Shown here in pieces: positions 37,283 through 50,523 of a stretch of DNA of 64,000 nt. Source of the stretch: Negaprion brevirostris (lineage: Eukaryota); NCBI GenBank assembly GCA_030324005.1, contig JARDVH010000031.1, positions 57,083,869-57,147,868 on the forward strand, given 5' to 3'. The position numbers and the translations under genes were made by a program. Under the pieces are notes generated by a model. The model saw only the letters and a list, made by a program, of their open reading frames with translations, had not been told where the DNA came from and ran no database searches. Position 1 is the first letter of the stretch, and every line of letters starts with the position of its first letter.

Positions 37283-38989
37283 ATATACATTAATGATTTT
37301 CAAAAAACCTTCTTGTAATATCCATATGAAATACTAAATAAAGATGAATAAGGTGCAAGTGGAAGTCTTCCTCTAACAAAATAACACTCCTGCAAAGAAT
37401 GGTTCCACATGATGATCACTTTTAATAAGGCTGAAAACCACCCACCAGAATTTGAATTAAATTTAATCAAGGATTAAGCCAGCATTATCTCAATTTGCAC
37501 ATTGATTAAATTCCTTCCAAAAGTCAAAGCATTTCTATCTGCAACTATCACCTGCATAACTTTTTACATTTTAGGAGGACAGAAGTCCTCCTAATACCAT
37601 TGGCCATTCAATGTTATTTACTGCCTGCCAATTGTAAACCTAAAACTGCATAACTTTAAAAAACAGTTCAATTTGATACTCATTTTCCCTGGAGTAAATT
37701 TAACCTGAATCTCTTAACTCCTTTCCGCAATTCTTGTGCTAAGGATAAACATGATGCATACAATTAAAATCTAATTGAGCAACATATAATTAAAATAGTC
37801 AGTTTTACAATTATAATGTAATCAGACTGTATTAATTAATTTGCAACATACACTTACAAATTTTGCTCAGCCATCTTAAGTACAACGGCATTGGTGATAC
37901 GTTATAGTTCAAGGAGTGCATGTACTCAAAATGACATGTAGTTAATATTGTTGAACAATTTGAAATCTAATGTAAACCAAAAAACAATCTTGAATGTTCC
38001 AAATGAAGATTTGGAAATAACACTAAACTGACGCACATCAGATCTCTTGGTTTAAATTGCATCTTATTACATTGCAATCCACTGCTACCACTGCGAGAAA
38101 TAATTTTATAATTCCATGTTTAATTAACATTGAATAATTTACTGAAAATAATAATCCCAGATGTGCAGAGGGCAATGTGAACCTTGCATCACATAGCAGC
38201 ATAGCTAATCCCATCAAAGCAGTATACTTGTGAACTGCAGCTCTGAAGAAAAACGCCCCGAAGGCAATACAACTTATTATTATAAATTGAATACCTTCGG
38301 CCAGTAAAAAAGTCAATTTTAGTTTGTGGCTTGAAATAAATGAAGATGTATCCCTTCACACCAACAGGAGAAAAATATCCATTTATCTAAGAATCTTTAG
38401 CACTTAATTTTAATATTTTTATAGTGGTTGAAGCAGAAATCCACTGACATTTGATGGCAGAAAAAAAAATATCCTAACGTTTAAATTATTGCACCTACTT
38501 GCATTGATTGTTATTGGTGAATCACAGGAAGGAATACAGCTTCTGCCACAAGGCTGTCATTTTAAAAACATATTGAAATATAATGATTGTCACACGCACT
38601 GTGGATGGCCTCCCTTTCCAGGAATACAGTTACAGACAATAATTGGAGCTGCACCATTTTAGGAAACTTGTTCAGCTTTGTGGCATTAGCTGACAGCATC
38701 AGGTGCCAGGGCATTATTTCACTGATACTGGCGTCAGATTGGCAACACACATGGGCGGGCAACAGGGCTTCCCCCAGTATTTACGAAGAACTGCCAGTTA
38801 ATGGGTGCCAACAGGGAAGCTGTCCAATTAACGTTGGTGAGTGGGTCCTATTGCTGCCAGACTGCATGCTGTTACCATTTTTCATGAAATCTGCCAAGTG
38901 TTGAGGCATTCGCAGCCAGAAGACAGATGGATGGAGGGAGAGGGTGGACAGATAAGAAGGTAGTGCTGACATCGAGGCACAAAATGCAA

Positions 38990-39202
38990 AGGTCACCCTG
39001 TGTTTCAGCAGCCCTTCCCTTTAGGCTCTTGTAGAAACAGACTGGGAAAGGAGGCAAGTCCTTTTTCCACAAGATGGAAGGAGCTGGCCACCACCCATAA
39101 CCAAAAAGACATGGTTAGATGTGATAGAAGTGGTGACCAGCCATGGCTAGAACCTGGGTCCAATGCAGAAAGCACTTTAATGACCTGCTTCAGTCTGGAA
39201 AG
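38990..39202 (+). pseudogene. Myb/SANT-like DNA-binding domain exon remnant of a Harbinger element
   Basis: CFSSPSL*ALVETDWERRQVLFPQDGR...TKKTWLDVIEVV / RTWVQCRKHFNDLLQSGK|gtgagt; in-frame stops and a frameshift. Confidence 0.75.
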
Positions 39203-39264
39203 GTGAGTAACCATCGGCATCTGGAAAGCCAGCATGAAGAAAAAGCTACCTATCAGCAGGAAAT

Positions 39265-39575
39265 ATTTATTTATGTATTTGTTTGTTTGTTTATTTATTA
39301 GTGTCACAAGTAGGCTTACTTTAACACTGCAGTGAAGTTACTGTGAAAGTCCCCCAGTTGCCACATTCTGGCGCCTGTTCGGGTACACTGAGGGAGAATT
39401 TACCATTGCCAACCAGCACGTCATTAGGACTGTGGGAGGAAACCAGAGCATCTGGAAGGAAGCCTGCGCAGACACGGGAGACAGTGTAGACTCCACACAG
39501 ACAGTGACCCAAGTCTGGAATCGAACCTGTGTCCCTGGAGCTGTGAGGCAGCAGTGCTAATCACTGTGCCACTGC
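39265..39575 (-). mobile_element. HE1-headed SINE, type B tail
   Basis: Reverse complement of the 36976-37282 type, with a (taaa/caaa)n tail. Confidence 0.85.
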
Positions 39576-40032
39576 GTTGCTCAACAAGAGGAAAAGACAA
39601 GTAATAGTCGGTGCTCTGGTCTGAATGTGTTTGCATAATTATTTATGGCACCCGGTGCTGGGGAGCCTCAGGTTATGGGAGGGGAAAAGTGAGTGTGCAA
39701 TTCAACTTTAAAGCGTGGGCGACAATTGAAAGGAATGGGCAGATGAAACAAAGTCAAAATGTTTATGGAGGAGCTGTAGAAGAGATCACCAGTCTTTAGC
39801 AGCTTCTGTCACAGCTTCAGGGGACTGTGGATGAAGAAGTGGTTCTATGGCTCTAAGTGGCAGCAAAAGTAAAGAGAATGAAAACACTACTGCAATAGCA
39901 AATCCATTGGCAAAAGTTAGAGCAAGCTCCCAGATAACCCCTTTGTGATGCCAACTGTAGATGTGTTTGAAAGCTGCTAGAATCTGATGTCTGGAAGAAT
40001 TTGACCTCATGCAGCCTAAGTAAAAGGTAAAC

Positions 40033-40298
40033 TTTATTTATTAATCACAACTAAGGCTTACATTAGCACTACGATGAAGTGACTGTGAAATTCCCCTAGT
40101 CGCCACATTCCAGTGCCTGTTCGGGTCAATGCACTTAACCAGCACATCTTTCAGACTGGGAGGAGAGCACCTGGAGGAAACCCATGCAGACATGGGGAGA
40201 ATGTGCAAAATCCACACAGGCAGTGACCCAAGGCCGGGAATCAAACCCGGGTCCCTGGCATTGTGAGGCAGCGGTGCTAAATACTGTGACATGGTGCC
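40033..40298 (-). mobile_element. HE1-headed SINE, type B tail
   Basis: ttcccctagtcgccacattcc...ttgtgaggcagcggtgcta. Confidence 0.85.
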
Positions 40299-40724
40299 AA
40301 ACGCAACACTAGATCAACACTGTGGGATCCCTGCAAAGTCATGCAGCTTCTTTTAAAAATCATTCATGGGACATGGGTTGGCCAGCATTTATTACCCATC
40401 CCTAGTTGCGTTTGGAGACCAGTTCAAAATCAACCACATTGCTGTGGCTCTGGAGTGACATGTAGGCCGGACCAAGTAAGGATGGCAGATTTCCTTCCCT
40501 AAAGGGATATTAGTGAACCAGATGGGTTTTTCCGACAATCAACAATGGCTTCATGGTTATCAGTAGATTCTGAATCCCAGATTTTTTTATTGAGTTCAAA
40601 TTCCATCATGTGCCGTGGCGGGANNNNNNNNNNNNNNNNNNNNNNNNNNNNNNNNNNNNNNNNNNNNNNNNNNNNNNNNNNNNNNNNNNNNNNNNNNNNN
40701 NNNNNNNNNNNNNNNNNNNNNNNC

Positions 40725-40930
40725 TGCCACCTGTTTGTACATACTGAGGGAGAATTTAGCATGGCCAATGCACCTAACCAGCATGTCTCCAGACTGTGGG
40801 AGGAAACCGGAGCACCCAGAGGAAACCCACACAGACACAGGGAGGATATGCAGACTCCCCACAGACAGTGACTCAACCGGGAATCAAACTTGGGTCCCTG
40901 GTGCTGTGAGCAGTGCTAACCTTTGTGCGA
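40725..40930 (-). mobile_element. HE1-headed SINE, type B, tail lost in gap
   Basis: actgagggagaatttagcatggcc...ctgtgagcagtgctaacc. Confidence 0.8.
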
Positions 40931-42402
40931 CAAAAGAAACAACCTTGATTGGAAGAGCAGAGGACTCCAACGGTGGTGAGTTCGGGACCTGAGGAGCCAT
41001 GGTCTGGGGAGATGAGAGCCAACGAGGCAAGGAGCCAGGCTGGGAAGTCAAGAAGTGGGCTGGGGAGCCAAGGTTCAGGAGCGAGGGCCAGGGAGCTAAT
41101 CTACACAGACATGATGCCCAGGGAGTGGAAATGTTCGCATGCACTCGCTCGAAGATGAGACATTATAGGGCACAGGATCCAGGAACAGAGGTGTTGGGCA
41201 TGCTGAGGTGGTCCTCAAGAACACCAGAGCAGTGCCTGAGCATACCCGAGTGGGGCTCACACATGCCAGAATGGAGCACGAAGCAGCAGGAGCAATGCCA
41301 ATAGTGCCTTAGTGAGTGACGGGAGAATGTGTAAGACAGATTGTGTGAGAGAGAGGATGGGGGGGGAGAGAAAGAGTGAATGAGGGGATGACACTGAAAT
41401 AGAGAGTTTGTAGTGAAAGAGTGTGGGGGTGGTAGAGTGGATGTAGGGTGAGAGAGTGTGGGAGTGGTAGATCGGAATGGGGAGTGAGAGAGTGTAGGGG
41501 TTGAGAGGGTGTGAGTAGAGATGAAAGAGTTTGGGGATTTTCTTTCTCACTGTTCCTCTATTGACCAGAAATTTACAAAATATTGAACTATTGTGAAACA
41601 AACAGGCAAGCAGTGTAAATGCCATTATCAACTCAATCATGTTAGACTAAACAAATAATCACCCCGGGCGTATTGGAAACAGAATTTGAAAGGGTTGGAG
41701 AATGCCAGATTTCCAATATGTCTTTGCACTGGGCAAGCTTCTCTACTGGAACCTGAAATCAGAAAATTACTTGTTAACCCTTCATCAATAGTTTGAAAAA
41801 AGTGTAGAAAATTGGCAGATGTAGTGTATTTTAAGAAGTAATTTCCCATCATTCACTTAACCATCAATTTGAAATAATATTTTATAAACTAGAAAATAAT
41901 AAATGAACATTCAACTTGATAGGAATGTGTAACATACGATGACCTAATCCTAAAGCTTGATTTCTCTGTTTCCTTCTTTTTTAGCTACCCAAGCTCCACC
42001 TGATTGGCAATGTATTCAGAACTGTGTCACCCACAACCTAAATCCCACCGAGCGCTGGTATTCATTGCTCTGCTCTGATCTCCATTGGTTCTCTATTCCA
42101 CACTTCATTGACTTCAAGATCTTAGGGGTGAATTTTAATTTGTTTGTAGCAGCCTTAAAACGGGCATTGTAAACTTCACATGCTGTGAATGATGACAATG
42201 TGGCCAGCCCCATTTTAAAAGGAATCCTAACGCTCAAGGTCGAAAATGTTTGCCTGTTTCTTGTGGTAGGAAAATTGGAATCCTAGGTTCACAGTTCCAT
42301 TTTAGGTTGAAAGTGAGGACAGTGTCTCAACACCAAGGGTTCAGCAAGGAAGCCGACAACCAGCCAGCTAGATTCATCAATTACTCAAAAGTACAGTGGC
42401 AG

Positions 42403-43051
42403 TACAGTGGCACAATGGTTAGCATTGGTACCTCACATTGCTAGGGAGCTGGGTTCAAATCCTGCCTTGGGTCACTGTTTGTGTGAAATTTGTACATCCT
42501 CCCCATGTTTGGGGGCGTTTAAAAGGTCCGTGGATAGGTTTATGGATGGAAAGGGGTTGGTTTAGGTTAGAGGGTCATTGCTTTTCTAATTGGTCGGCGC
42601 AACATCGTGGGCCGAAGGGCCTGTTCTGCGCTGTAATGTTCTATGTTCTATGTCTGCTTGGGTTTCCTCCGAGTGCTCCAATTTTCTCCCACAGTCCAAA
42701 GGTGTGCAGGTTATGTTGATTGACCATACTAAATTGACACTAGTGTCAGGGAATTCGCAGGGTAAATATGTGGGGTTATGGGAATAGGGCCTGGGTGGAA
42801 TTATGGTTGGTGCAGACTCGATGGGCTGAATGGCCTCCTTCTGCNNNNNNNNNNNNNNNNNNNNNNNNNNNNNNNNNNNNNNNNNNNNNNNNNNNNNNNN
42901 NNNNNNNNNNNNNNNNNNNNNNNNNNNNNNNNNNNNNNNNNNNNTTCGCATGGTAAATATGTGGGGTTATGGGAATAGGGCCTGGGTTGAATTATGGTTG
43001 GTGCAGACTCGATGGGCTGAATGGCCTCCTTCTGCACTGCAAGGATGCTAT
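42403..43051 (+). mobile_element. HE1 SINE interrupted by a CR1 3' tail (42511-42650); 3' part duplicated across a gap
   Basis: HE1 core cctccccatg | tgtctgcttgggtttcc resumes after a gggccgaagggcctg...ttctatgttctatg insert. Confidence 0.8.
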
Positions 43052-43734
43052 GAAAAGTCAAAATCCTCCATGGATTTACCTGTCATCATCACCAACTCTA
43101 ACTCAACATCATACTAATGCTAAATGTGCGATATAATTGCTGCTTAAAATTTGATGCTGTATGAGACATTTGGTTTGAAATCTATATCTGACACATGGAA
43201 ATATTCCAAAGTAGTTACAAGATCAGCAACACATTAAGAGGACTGAATTCGATTCCAATAAAGATGCACATGATTTCCCCTTCAGAGCATTACAAAAGCA
43301 TTAGCATCATAACTCATTTTATGAGAGAGAGTGGGCCTGAGGGAAACAATGCTGGATTTCAGCGGGTAAAAGCACGCTTGGAGAGTTAAAGAGAGTAAGA
43401 GGCCAAACTGAGGGAAACAGTGCCAGAGACCAATAGGTAAATGTGATAGCAGGAGGCAACGGGAGCACTGCAAGAAAAATCAAGGAGTGGCATTACAGGA
43501 CAAGAGGTAGGTGGTGGTTGTTTGAAGAGTCCAGAGGTAAAGAGTACACATCTGCAGGAGTTTGGGGACGGAGCAGTAGAGCAGAGTGAGAATCAGGGAT
43601 CAAGTAGAAAAAAAAATTAAATGTCAGCATGAGGGAGGGTGTTGATGTTGAGTAGTTGATGAAATCTTTTAATACGAGTCTTTCTTTCAAACTTAGTTTA
43701 TTTCAATTAAACTTTAATTAGTAAAATAAACACA

Positions 43735-45070
43735 GGCATAGCAGGGCACCTCATTTCCATAGAGTGTGCATTATGCTCCATGTGGGAACTTAAGGACACT
43801 TTTTGTATTTGAACAACCACAACTGCAGCAAATGTCATTGACCAGGGAAGATGAAACATTGGGGGTGGAATTCTCCCCCAGAAATTCTAAGTGTTGGATT
43901 TGTGGGAAAACTGGAGTTTTCTTCCAGTGGGAGTTCACAATGGAATCTCCCACACTCTGTTCAATGCAAAGGCCACCAATGTGAATATCATTAAATTTCG
44001 GGGAGGTTGAAACCAGCAGGCTTTTGCATGTGTGCAGTGGCCCTGAACTGTCAGCCTCCCTTTTGCTGATCAGTTCGGGACCCTTGCAGTGCATGAACGC
44101 TTGTGGGAACTCCACGCATTGCCCTCCCACTCACCCGCCCACCAGCCCCCTCCCCACCCTGGCATGATTCTCCTGGCCCTCTGTGCTATAACATCAGCGT
44201 GGTGGGATGGGAGATTCACCCACTCGATTTTGGAGCTTGAGTAGTAGTGGGTATCATTGTGATGCATCTGCGAAGTTGAAGAATATGTAGATAGTGTGTT
44301 TCTGTGGTCACCCCAGCGCTTAAGAATTTGCTGGTAATGAGTGATTGCCGTGCAGTCAAGAAGGGCCAGGCAGATAGTCCAAGTAACTATTGGGACCATT
44401 TCACTCTCAAAGCAATCAGAGACAGCCACATATTCTTGGAGTCACAAGTGGTCTGATAAGTACCACTCTCAAATAATAGGTCAGTTGCTGGAAAGTATTG
44501 TTCCAGTTTTGATGTGACCTGGCAACCAGCCTGACACACCAGCACCACATATCCAAACCCAACTCAGTCAACAGTCTTCTTGCACTGCACAGTCCAGTAT
44601 TCAGCTTTAAGTACTGGTGAGATTGATCATTCATCTGGGGAATGCAGCCAGAGCCAAGGAAATCACGACACAGGTGACTCAACAGTATAAGGGAGCAGAA
44701 GAAAAAATAGGAAGGCAATTGCGACAGGGGTTTCTATAATTAGAGATAAAGATCCTGAAGACACAGCCATGAGTCTAGGATAGTACGTTGCCTGGCTGGT
44801 TTCACAATCAAGGAAGGAAGAGTGAACAATCTGAGGTCACGGTCCATTTCATTACCAACATAATACATTTGAGGTCCTGCAGGCAGACTTTAAGGCACAA
44901 GGAAAAAGATTAATAAGTAGGTCCTTAAAGGTAATAATCCCCATACACCTTGTGCGATGCACTAATGAGAATAGAAATAGGTGGGAAAAACGTGGCTAGA
45001 GAGATGATGCAGGAAAGAATTCCTGAGATATTAAGATCCTGGGGGCAATCTTGCAAAAAAAGTCCAAAGC
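43735..45070 (+). mobile_element. CR1 LINE ORF1 remnant (zinc finger and SGNH esterase), interrupted by a MITE
   Basis: AGHLISIECALCSMWEL near 43740; G.SIIR...SRIVRCLAG near 44720-44800. Confidence 0.55.
43861..44221. mobile_element. Harbinger-type MITE
   Basis: Termini gggggtggaattctccc / gggagattcaccc; left arm resembles the reverse complement of 52150-52318. Confidence 0.6.
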
Positions 45071-46263
45071 AAGTGTGAAAATGAGAGAGTTTCAGATNNN
45101 NNNNNNNNNNNNNNNNNNNNNNNNNNNNNNNNNNNNNNNNNNNNNNNNNNNNNNNNNNNNNNNNNNNNNNNNNNNNNNNNNNNNNNNNNNNNNNNNNAGA
45201 TCCATTTTATCAGTGAGGCCACCAGCTGAATCTTATGGAACTCTGTGCAATAAAAAACCCTCAATCAATTTTCGGCCAGTAGGGGGAGTGGACGGGGCCT
45301 AAATCTCCTGAAAGCAGCAGACTGCGCCATTGCTTATGTGCAGGTTTCTGTGCTGTGAGAGCAAATCCCTGTCTGGAACGATTGCGCCTCTAACGTCCGG
45401 ATTGATTGCGGCCGGAACAACTAGGCCCCCCCACCACTGATTGCTGTGCAGGCTGTGTTGCAGTTCCCCCCAAATGAATGGCCCATCCCCAGTCTGGCCC
45501 CATCCCCAGTAGGCCCTGCCCTTTCAGTCCATACCCCCACCTGTGCCCAGTGGGCAGTACCAAGGTGCCAGGCTGGCAGTGCCAGCGTGGTAGGCTGACC
45601 CTGCCATGGATTATGGATCTGCCTACATAAATTATAATCAGAATTTGGCAGACAAGATTGTAGTGGAACAAGGGCTCCCTTTACAGAAGAGGCCATTTGT
45701 TGCAATTATGGTACATTCCCATCAGGGGCAGAGTAGGGCAACCAAAGACAGTGCTTCTAGATGGCAATAAGTTAAAGCAGAAACAAATAGTGTATAACAG
45801 AGGTTAATAATACAAGTGAGAACCAATGCAAAAATCCCTCCATGATAGATCCCCCTTTCAGCCATTAACCTCCTCTGACCATCCTATTCCTAGTTATATG
45901 TTCATAGGAAACTTCTGAATTCTCTCTCATGTTAGCTGCTGGTCTCGTCTCATCCACTCTCATGGCCTCTCTTATTTTGTTTTGCACTTACCTTCTGAAC
46001 TTTCCATACTTGAACTGGTTTTCACTTGCATTATTAACCTGGGGAAAGTGGGGTACAGTTCTATGGTTTCTTACTCTCCTTTGCAATTAAACACCTAAAA
46101 AGCCAAAATTGCATCCATTTCCTTGTTTAAACACAACCTATTATTTATAAAACCACTTCAACAATGGCCTTATATATTCATTCAGCACNNNNNNNNNNAG
46201 CACTTTTAACTTTTACCCTCTATCTCTTAACTCTCACAGACAATTTGACTCTATTAACCTTTC

Positions 46264-46313
<50 letters not shown>

Positions 46314-46315
46314 CA
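46264..46315. repeat. (CA)n microsatellite
   Basis: Seen directly. Confidence 0.95.
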
Positions 46316-46544
46316 GTCGGGGGGAGGGGGTTGCACAACTTCTTGCCTGCCCTGCTGCCAAACAGGGTCGGGAGATTCCTGACTGCATAATTAGAGAGCT
46401 CAGTATCATACTATCATTTCATTCAGCATGATTTACCACTGGGCTCCATGGAGGGAAATGGCCCCACTTCCTGTGCCCACCACCAGAAGCAGAGCAGAAA
46501 ATCCCGGCCATAGGATTGGGAGTGCAGGACATAACTTTAAATTT

Positions 46545-46905
46545 TAGATGATGTAAAATGTGGAAGTATTGCAAACTGTGAGGAGAATAACAATAGGCTT
46601 CAAGCTGCCTTGGACAGGCTAGTGGAATGGGCAAACATAAGACTGAGAAAACTTAGTGCAGAGGAGGGTGAAGTCATCTATTTTGGTTAGAAAAATAGAA
46701 AGCGGTACAATAAAATAAAAGATACAAATCTAAAGGTGTTCAGGATCATAACAGCCTGCAGACATAAATCATTGAAGATTGCAAGGCATGTTGAGAAAGC
46801 AGTTCTAAAGAAATACAGAATCCTGGGCTTTATACATGGAGACATGGTGCACAAAAGCAAGATGGTTGTGATGAACTTTTATACAACATTGGTTTGGCTT
46901 CAACT
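46545..46905 (+). mobile_element. CR1 LINE fragment
   Basis: YRILGFIHG...NFYTTLVWLQLE. Confidence 0.7.
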
Positions 46906-49058
46906 GGAGGTTTTGAGACCCTCTGAGACTCTGGTGGGAGCTTCCAGGCCGCACTCTCCCCCAAACCGGAAAATCCCACCTGAGGTCAATGGACCTTTCC
47001 ATGGTCCACCCCTCACCTGCTACAATTCCCATGGCAGATGGGATGGGAAGATTCCCCCCTCTCTATCACAATGGTATTGTAAGCCCTCTGAGGCTGCACC
47101 TTCAGTGGGTTTGATGTAATTTCATTGGATTTCAAGCCTGTGTGCACCCCTTATATTCAGGGACAATCTAGACTGGGTTTAAGTCCTCTGGTAGCATGCA
47201 TGCAGCAGGGAGGTTCAAGCTTTGCCAGGGCCCTTGCCCCAGCACTCCTGGTTCTCTGAAAGCAGCTCCTCTACATGCCAACTTGCGTACATTTTGGAAT
47301 TGATGGGTTAAATCAATTTGAAAGGAACAAAGATTGAATATATGATGCAAACTTGTATTTATATCATTGTCTCTTGCATTATGCATGAGTATTTTAAGTA
47401 TTTAGATACAGAATGAGAATGAACAAATGAATCTGACGTACGCTATGTGGAAATGACTGCAATAATGTTACAGTATACAGATATCTGCAATTATATTCTT
47501 TTTATTATTTAATTTGATAAAGGCTAAAGAAAATCCAGGGAACAATGTGACCTTTGCAAAGTAATCCCTTAATGACCAAATGGGAAATTGTCAGAATTTC
47601 TGCTTATTGTTGAAAAACAAAATTCAAATGTCTTGTCCAAAAATGATTTTCCTTCTTATTTGATGAATGAGACCAATTTTCTTCATTACAAGAGATGAAC
47701 TTGTCCTGAATAACTTCCTACCTCTTAGTCTATCTACATTTCCATTCGATCCTCATAAAATATAAAACAGCTTTAATCAAATAGATCAAAAAAAATTATA
47801 ATCAGATTCCAGACTGCATATTGTCTTACATATTCAGGACAGTAATTAAAATTGTTACAGCTTTTATAATGGAAAATAAGTTCCAAGTATTTAAAATGTT
47901 TTTTCAATTGTTGTCAGCACTTTTGGCAAAGCCAACATTTATTGCCTATCCTTAATTGCCCTTGAGAAGGTGCTGCTGTGCCACCTTCTTGAATCGCTGT
48001 AGGTCAGGTGGTGTAGATACATCCACAATGCTGTGAGGAAGGGAGTTCTGGGGTGTTAACCCAGCGTCAGCGAAGAAAGGGCAATGTGACGTTGGAGGTG
48101 TGTGGCTTGGAGGGGTACTTGCAAATTGCGGTATTCCCATACTTCAGCTGCCCTTGTCCTCTGAGATGCTAAAGGTGGCAAATATGAAAGTTGTTGTTGA
48201 AGAATCCTCGGTGAGTTACTACAATGCATTGAACAGAGTTCTCAGGAAGAAGTAGAGATGGATCTGGCTCAAGTGAAAGCAAAGCATCCCAAATCCATGT
48301 ATATTGTCTGTATATTTTAAAATGATTGTGAAAATGAGAAGATACTTGTTTTTTTACTGAGATTTGAATCCAGTGAGGGGATTTTACATATTAAAGGTAA
48401 AGGTGAAGGGATGCAATACTAATGGGGAAGAGAAAAAAAGGCAGAAAAGATGACTCTGTTCCAAGGCAATTTTAATATAACTTATTGATTTTAAATCAGA
48501 TTGATATTAAAATCACAACTGTTCAAGAAGTGTACTGTACACTATTGATCTATGACATTCTATGGAATTCCTTTCCATTAGTAAACTGCCAAAGGCAGCA
48601 TCTAATTCTGCATAAATGTTTTAACATAGAAACATATAGAAACATAGAACAGCACAGTACAGGCCCTCCGGCCCTCAATGTTGTGCCGTGCTATGTCCAA
48701 ACCCAAGATCAAGCTATCCTACTCCCTAATTTGATCTAATTTGACCTAATTTGATCTAATTAACCTAATTTTATTTTTTATGAATACAACCACATTCAAC
48801 ATTTCATACCACTTTTGGATACTCGTACCATGTTTCCACTGTTGTGATGTCAGAGAATTTGACACCCAGCCAAAACTTCGTTCACTGTAGCGAGCTGAGA
48901 AAATCCCTCCACCCTGAATGGCTGTAACATTACGGCCTTACTCTTTGGGTTCAGATGTTAAAATGAGGCCCATATCTGCCTGGTCAGGATGACGTGAAAG
49001 ATACCTTGGCACTATTTTGAGGAAGAGCGGTCAAATTATTCCTGATTTCCCAGACAAT

Positions 49059-49185
49059 GGGTGGGATTTTATGGCCTCACTTGTCCTGATGCCATAAAAT
49101 CCCACTCAAGGTCAATGGACCTTTCAATGATCCATCCCTCGCCTGCTCCAATCCCAGTGGCAGGCAGGATGGTAAAATTCTGGCC
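49059..49185. mobile_element. 127-bp mini-MITE with perfect AAT target-site duplication, inside a Deu-SINE
   Basis: aat|gggtgggattttat...gtaaaattctggcc|aat. Sibling copies at ~46933-47058 and (truncated) 30515-30575. Confidence 0.8.
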
Positions 49186-49872
49186 AATATTTATTCCTCA
49201 CTCATAATCAGGAAAATAGATTACCTGGTCATTATCATATTGGAGAAAGGAAGATTGTAGTGTATAAATGAATGATCTTACTTGCTATGTTACAAAAGTG
49301 AATTCAGTGCAAAAGTACTTAATTGGCTGTAAAGCACTTTGGGACCAGTGGCTATGAAGGGCATTATCTCTTTCTTTATTGTGATGGGAATGACATTTGT
49401 ACAACTGAAAGCATACCTAAATATTTTCTGCATCTCTTCAAAACATTTTAAATCTAATTCAGTGCTATTAAGTACTCTAAAGATTAATATGGAACCTTTT
49501 TGAGACCAACAGCTTTTCTAATGAAAGTGGCATCAGTAGACTGCTAAAATATTTAATTGCTTGATCTATATATGTTCTTGTAGTCTCTGTGTCACAATAA
49601 TAATCATATCTTAATCAGGAAACACATTTGCAGACTAAAGGCAAAATTGAAGTGTGACTTACATCAAAATATTTGTAAGTAGAATAAATAATCAAACTAA
49701 AAACATGCAAACATGTAACAGTCATTTATTAATTCAAGGGCTGAGAGTGTTGCTGGCTATACCAAAATTCATTGCCTATCCCTACTTGCAGTTTACATGG
49801 TGCAGGTATACCCACAGTGCTGTTAGGGAGGAAGTTCCAGGATTTTGTCCCAGAGACATTGAAGGAACACAA

Positions 49873-50330
49873 TTTTTTTTATTTCAAAAATATGCTTTAT
49901 TCATAAAAAGACTCACAAATAAACTACTGCAAAACGACAGATCCAAAAATTACAAACAGTGCAAAACAAAACATTTTTATGGTAAATACTTGCTTATTTA
50001 CATGACATCACTTTTTTTACATTTCATTATTTAAAACTATGTACATGCCTCAGATTGTGCTGTGTGCTGTTATTTTTCAGTTTCACACACAGTTACGCAG
50101 GGCGAGGGTATTCTGCAGTTCCCAGGCCCTCGGTCTGTCTCGAGTGAAAGGCCTTACAGTGTGGCCTTTCCCCATTGTGCCTTTGCAGCGGCTGCCCCCA
50201 GCTTCAGCGCGTCCCTCAGCACGTAGTCCTGGACCTTGGAATGTGCCAGTCTGCAACACTCGGTCGAGGACAATTCTTTCAACTGGAAGGTCAGCAAGTT
50301 TCAGGCAGACCGAAGTGCGTCCTTCACTGA
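49873..50330 (-). mobile_element. Tx1-like (L1 clade) LINE 3' end with poly-A and TSD
   Basis: Minus strand ...ECCRLAHSKVQDYVLRDALKLGAAAAKAQWGKATV*, then AATAAA and an A-tail. TSD ggaacacaat (49864-49873) / ggagcacaat (50331-50340). Confidence 0.7.
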
Positions 50331-50523
50331 GGAGCACAATATAGTTCCAAGTCAGGATGGTGAATGACTTGGAAGGGAACCTCCAGGTGGTGGTGTTCCC
50401 AGGTATCTGCTGCTCTTGCTGTTCTAGATGGTAGTGGTCATGGATTTGGCAAGTGCTGCCTAAGGAGCCTTGGTGAGTTCCTACAGTGCTCCTTGTAGTT
50501 GGTGCACACTGCTGCCGCCACTG

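Noticed and set aside
38038-38316. Hydrophobic 92-aa ORF resembling a membrane protein
   Set aside because: Non-ATG start, AT-rich composition explains the hydrophobicity, and no recognisable family.
42755-43034. Tandem duplication of the HE1 3' segment
   Set aside because: The copies flank a 100-N gap; probably a contig overlap or two haplotypes.
48726-48772. Short ctaatttgat tandem array, and the spaced ccactgccactct repeats at 28370-28580, as CRISPR-like arrays
   Set aside because: Eukaryotic minisatellite or MITE-internal repeats with no unique spacers and no cas genes.
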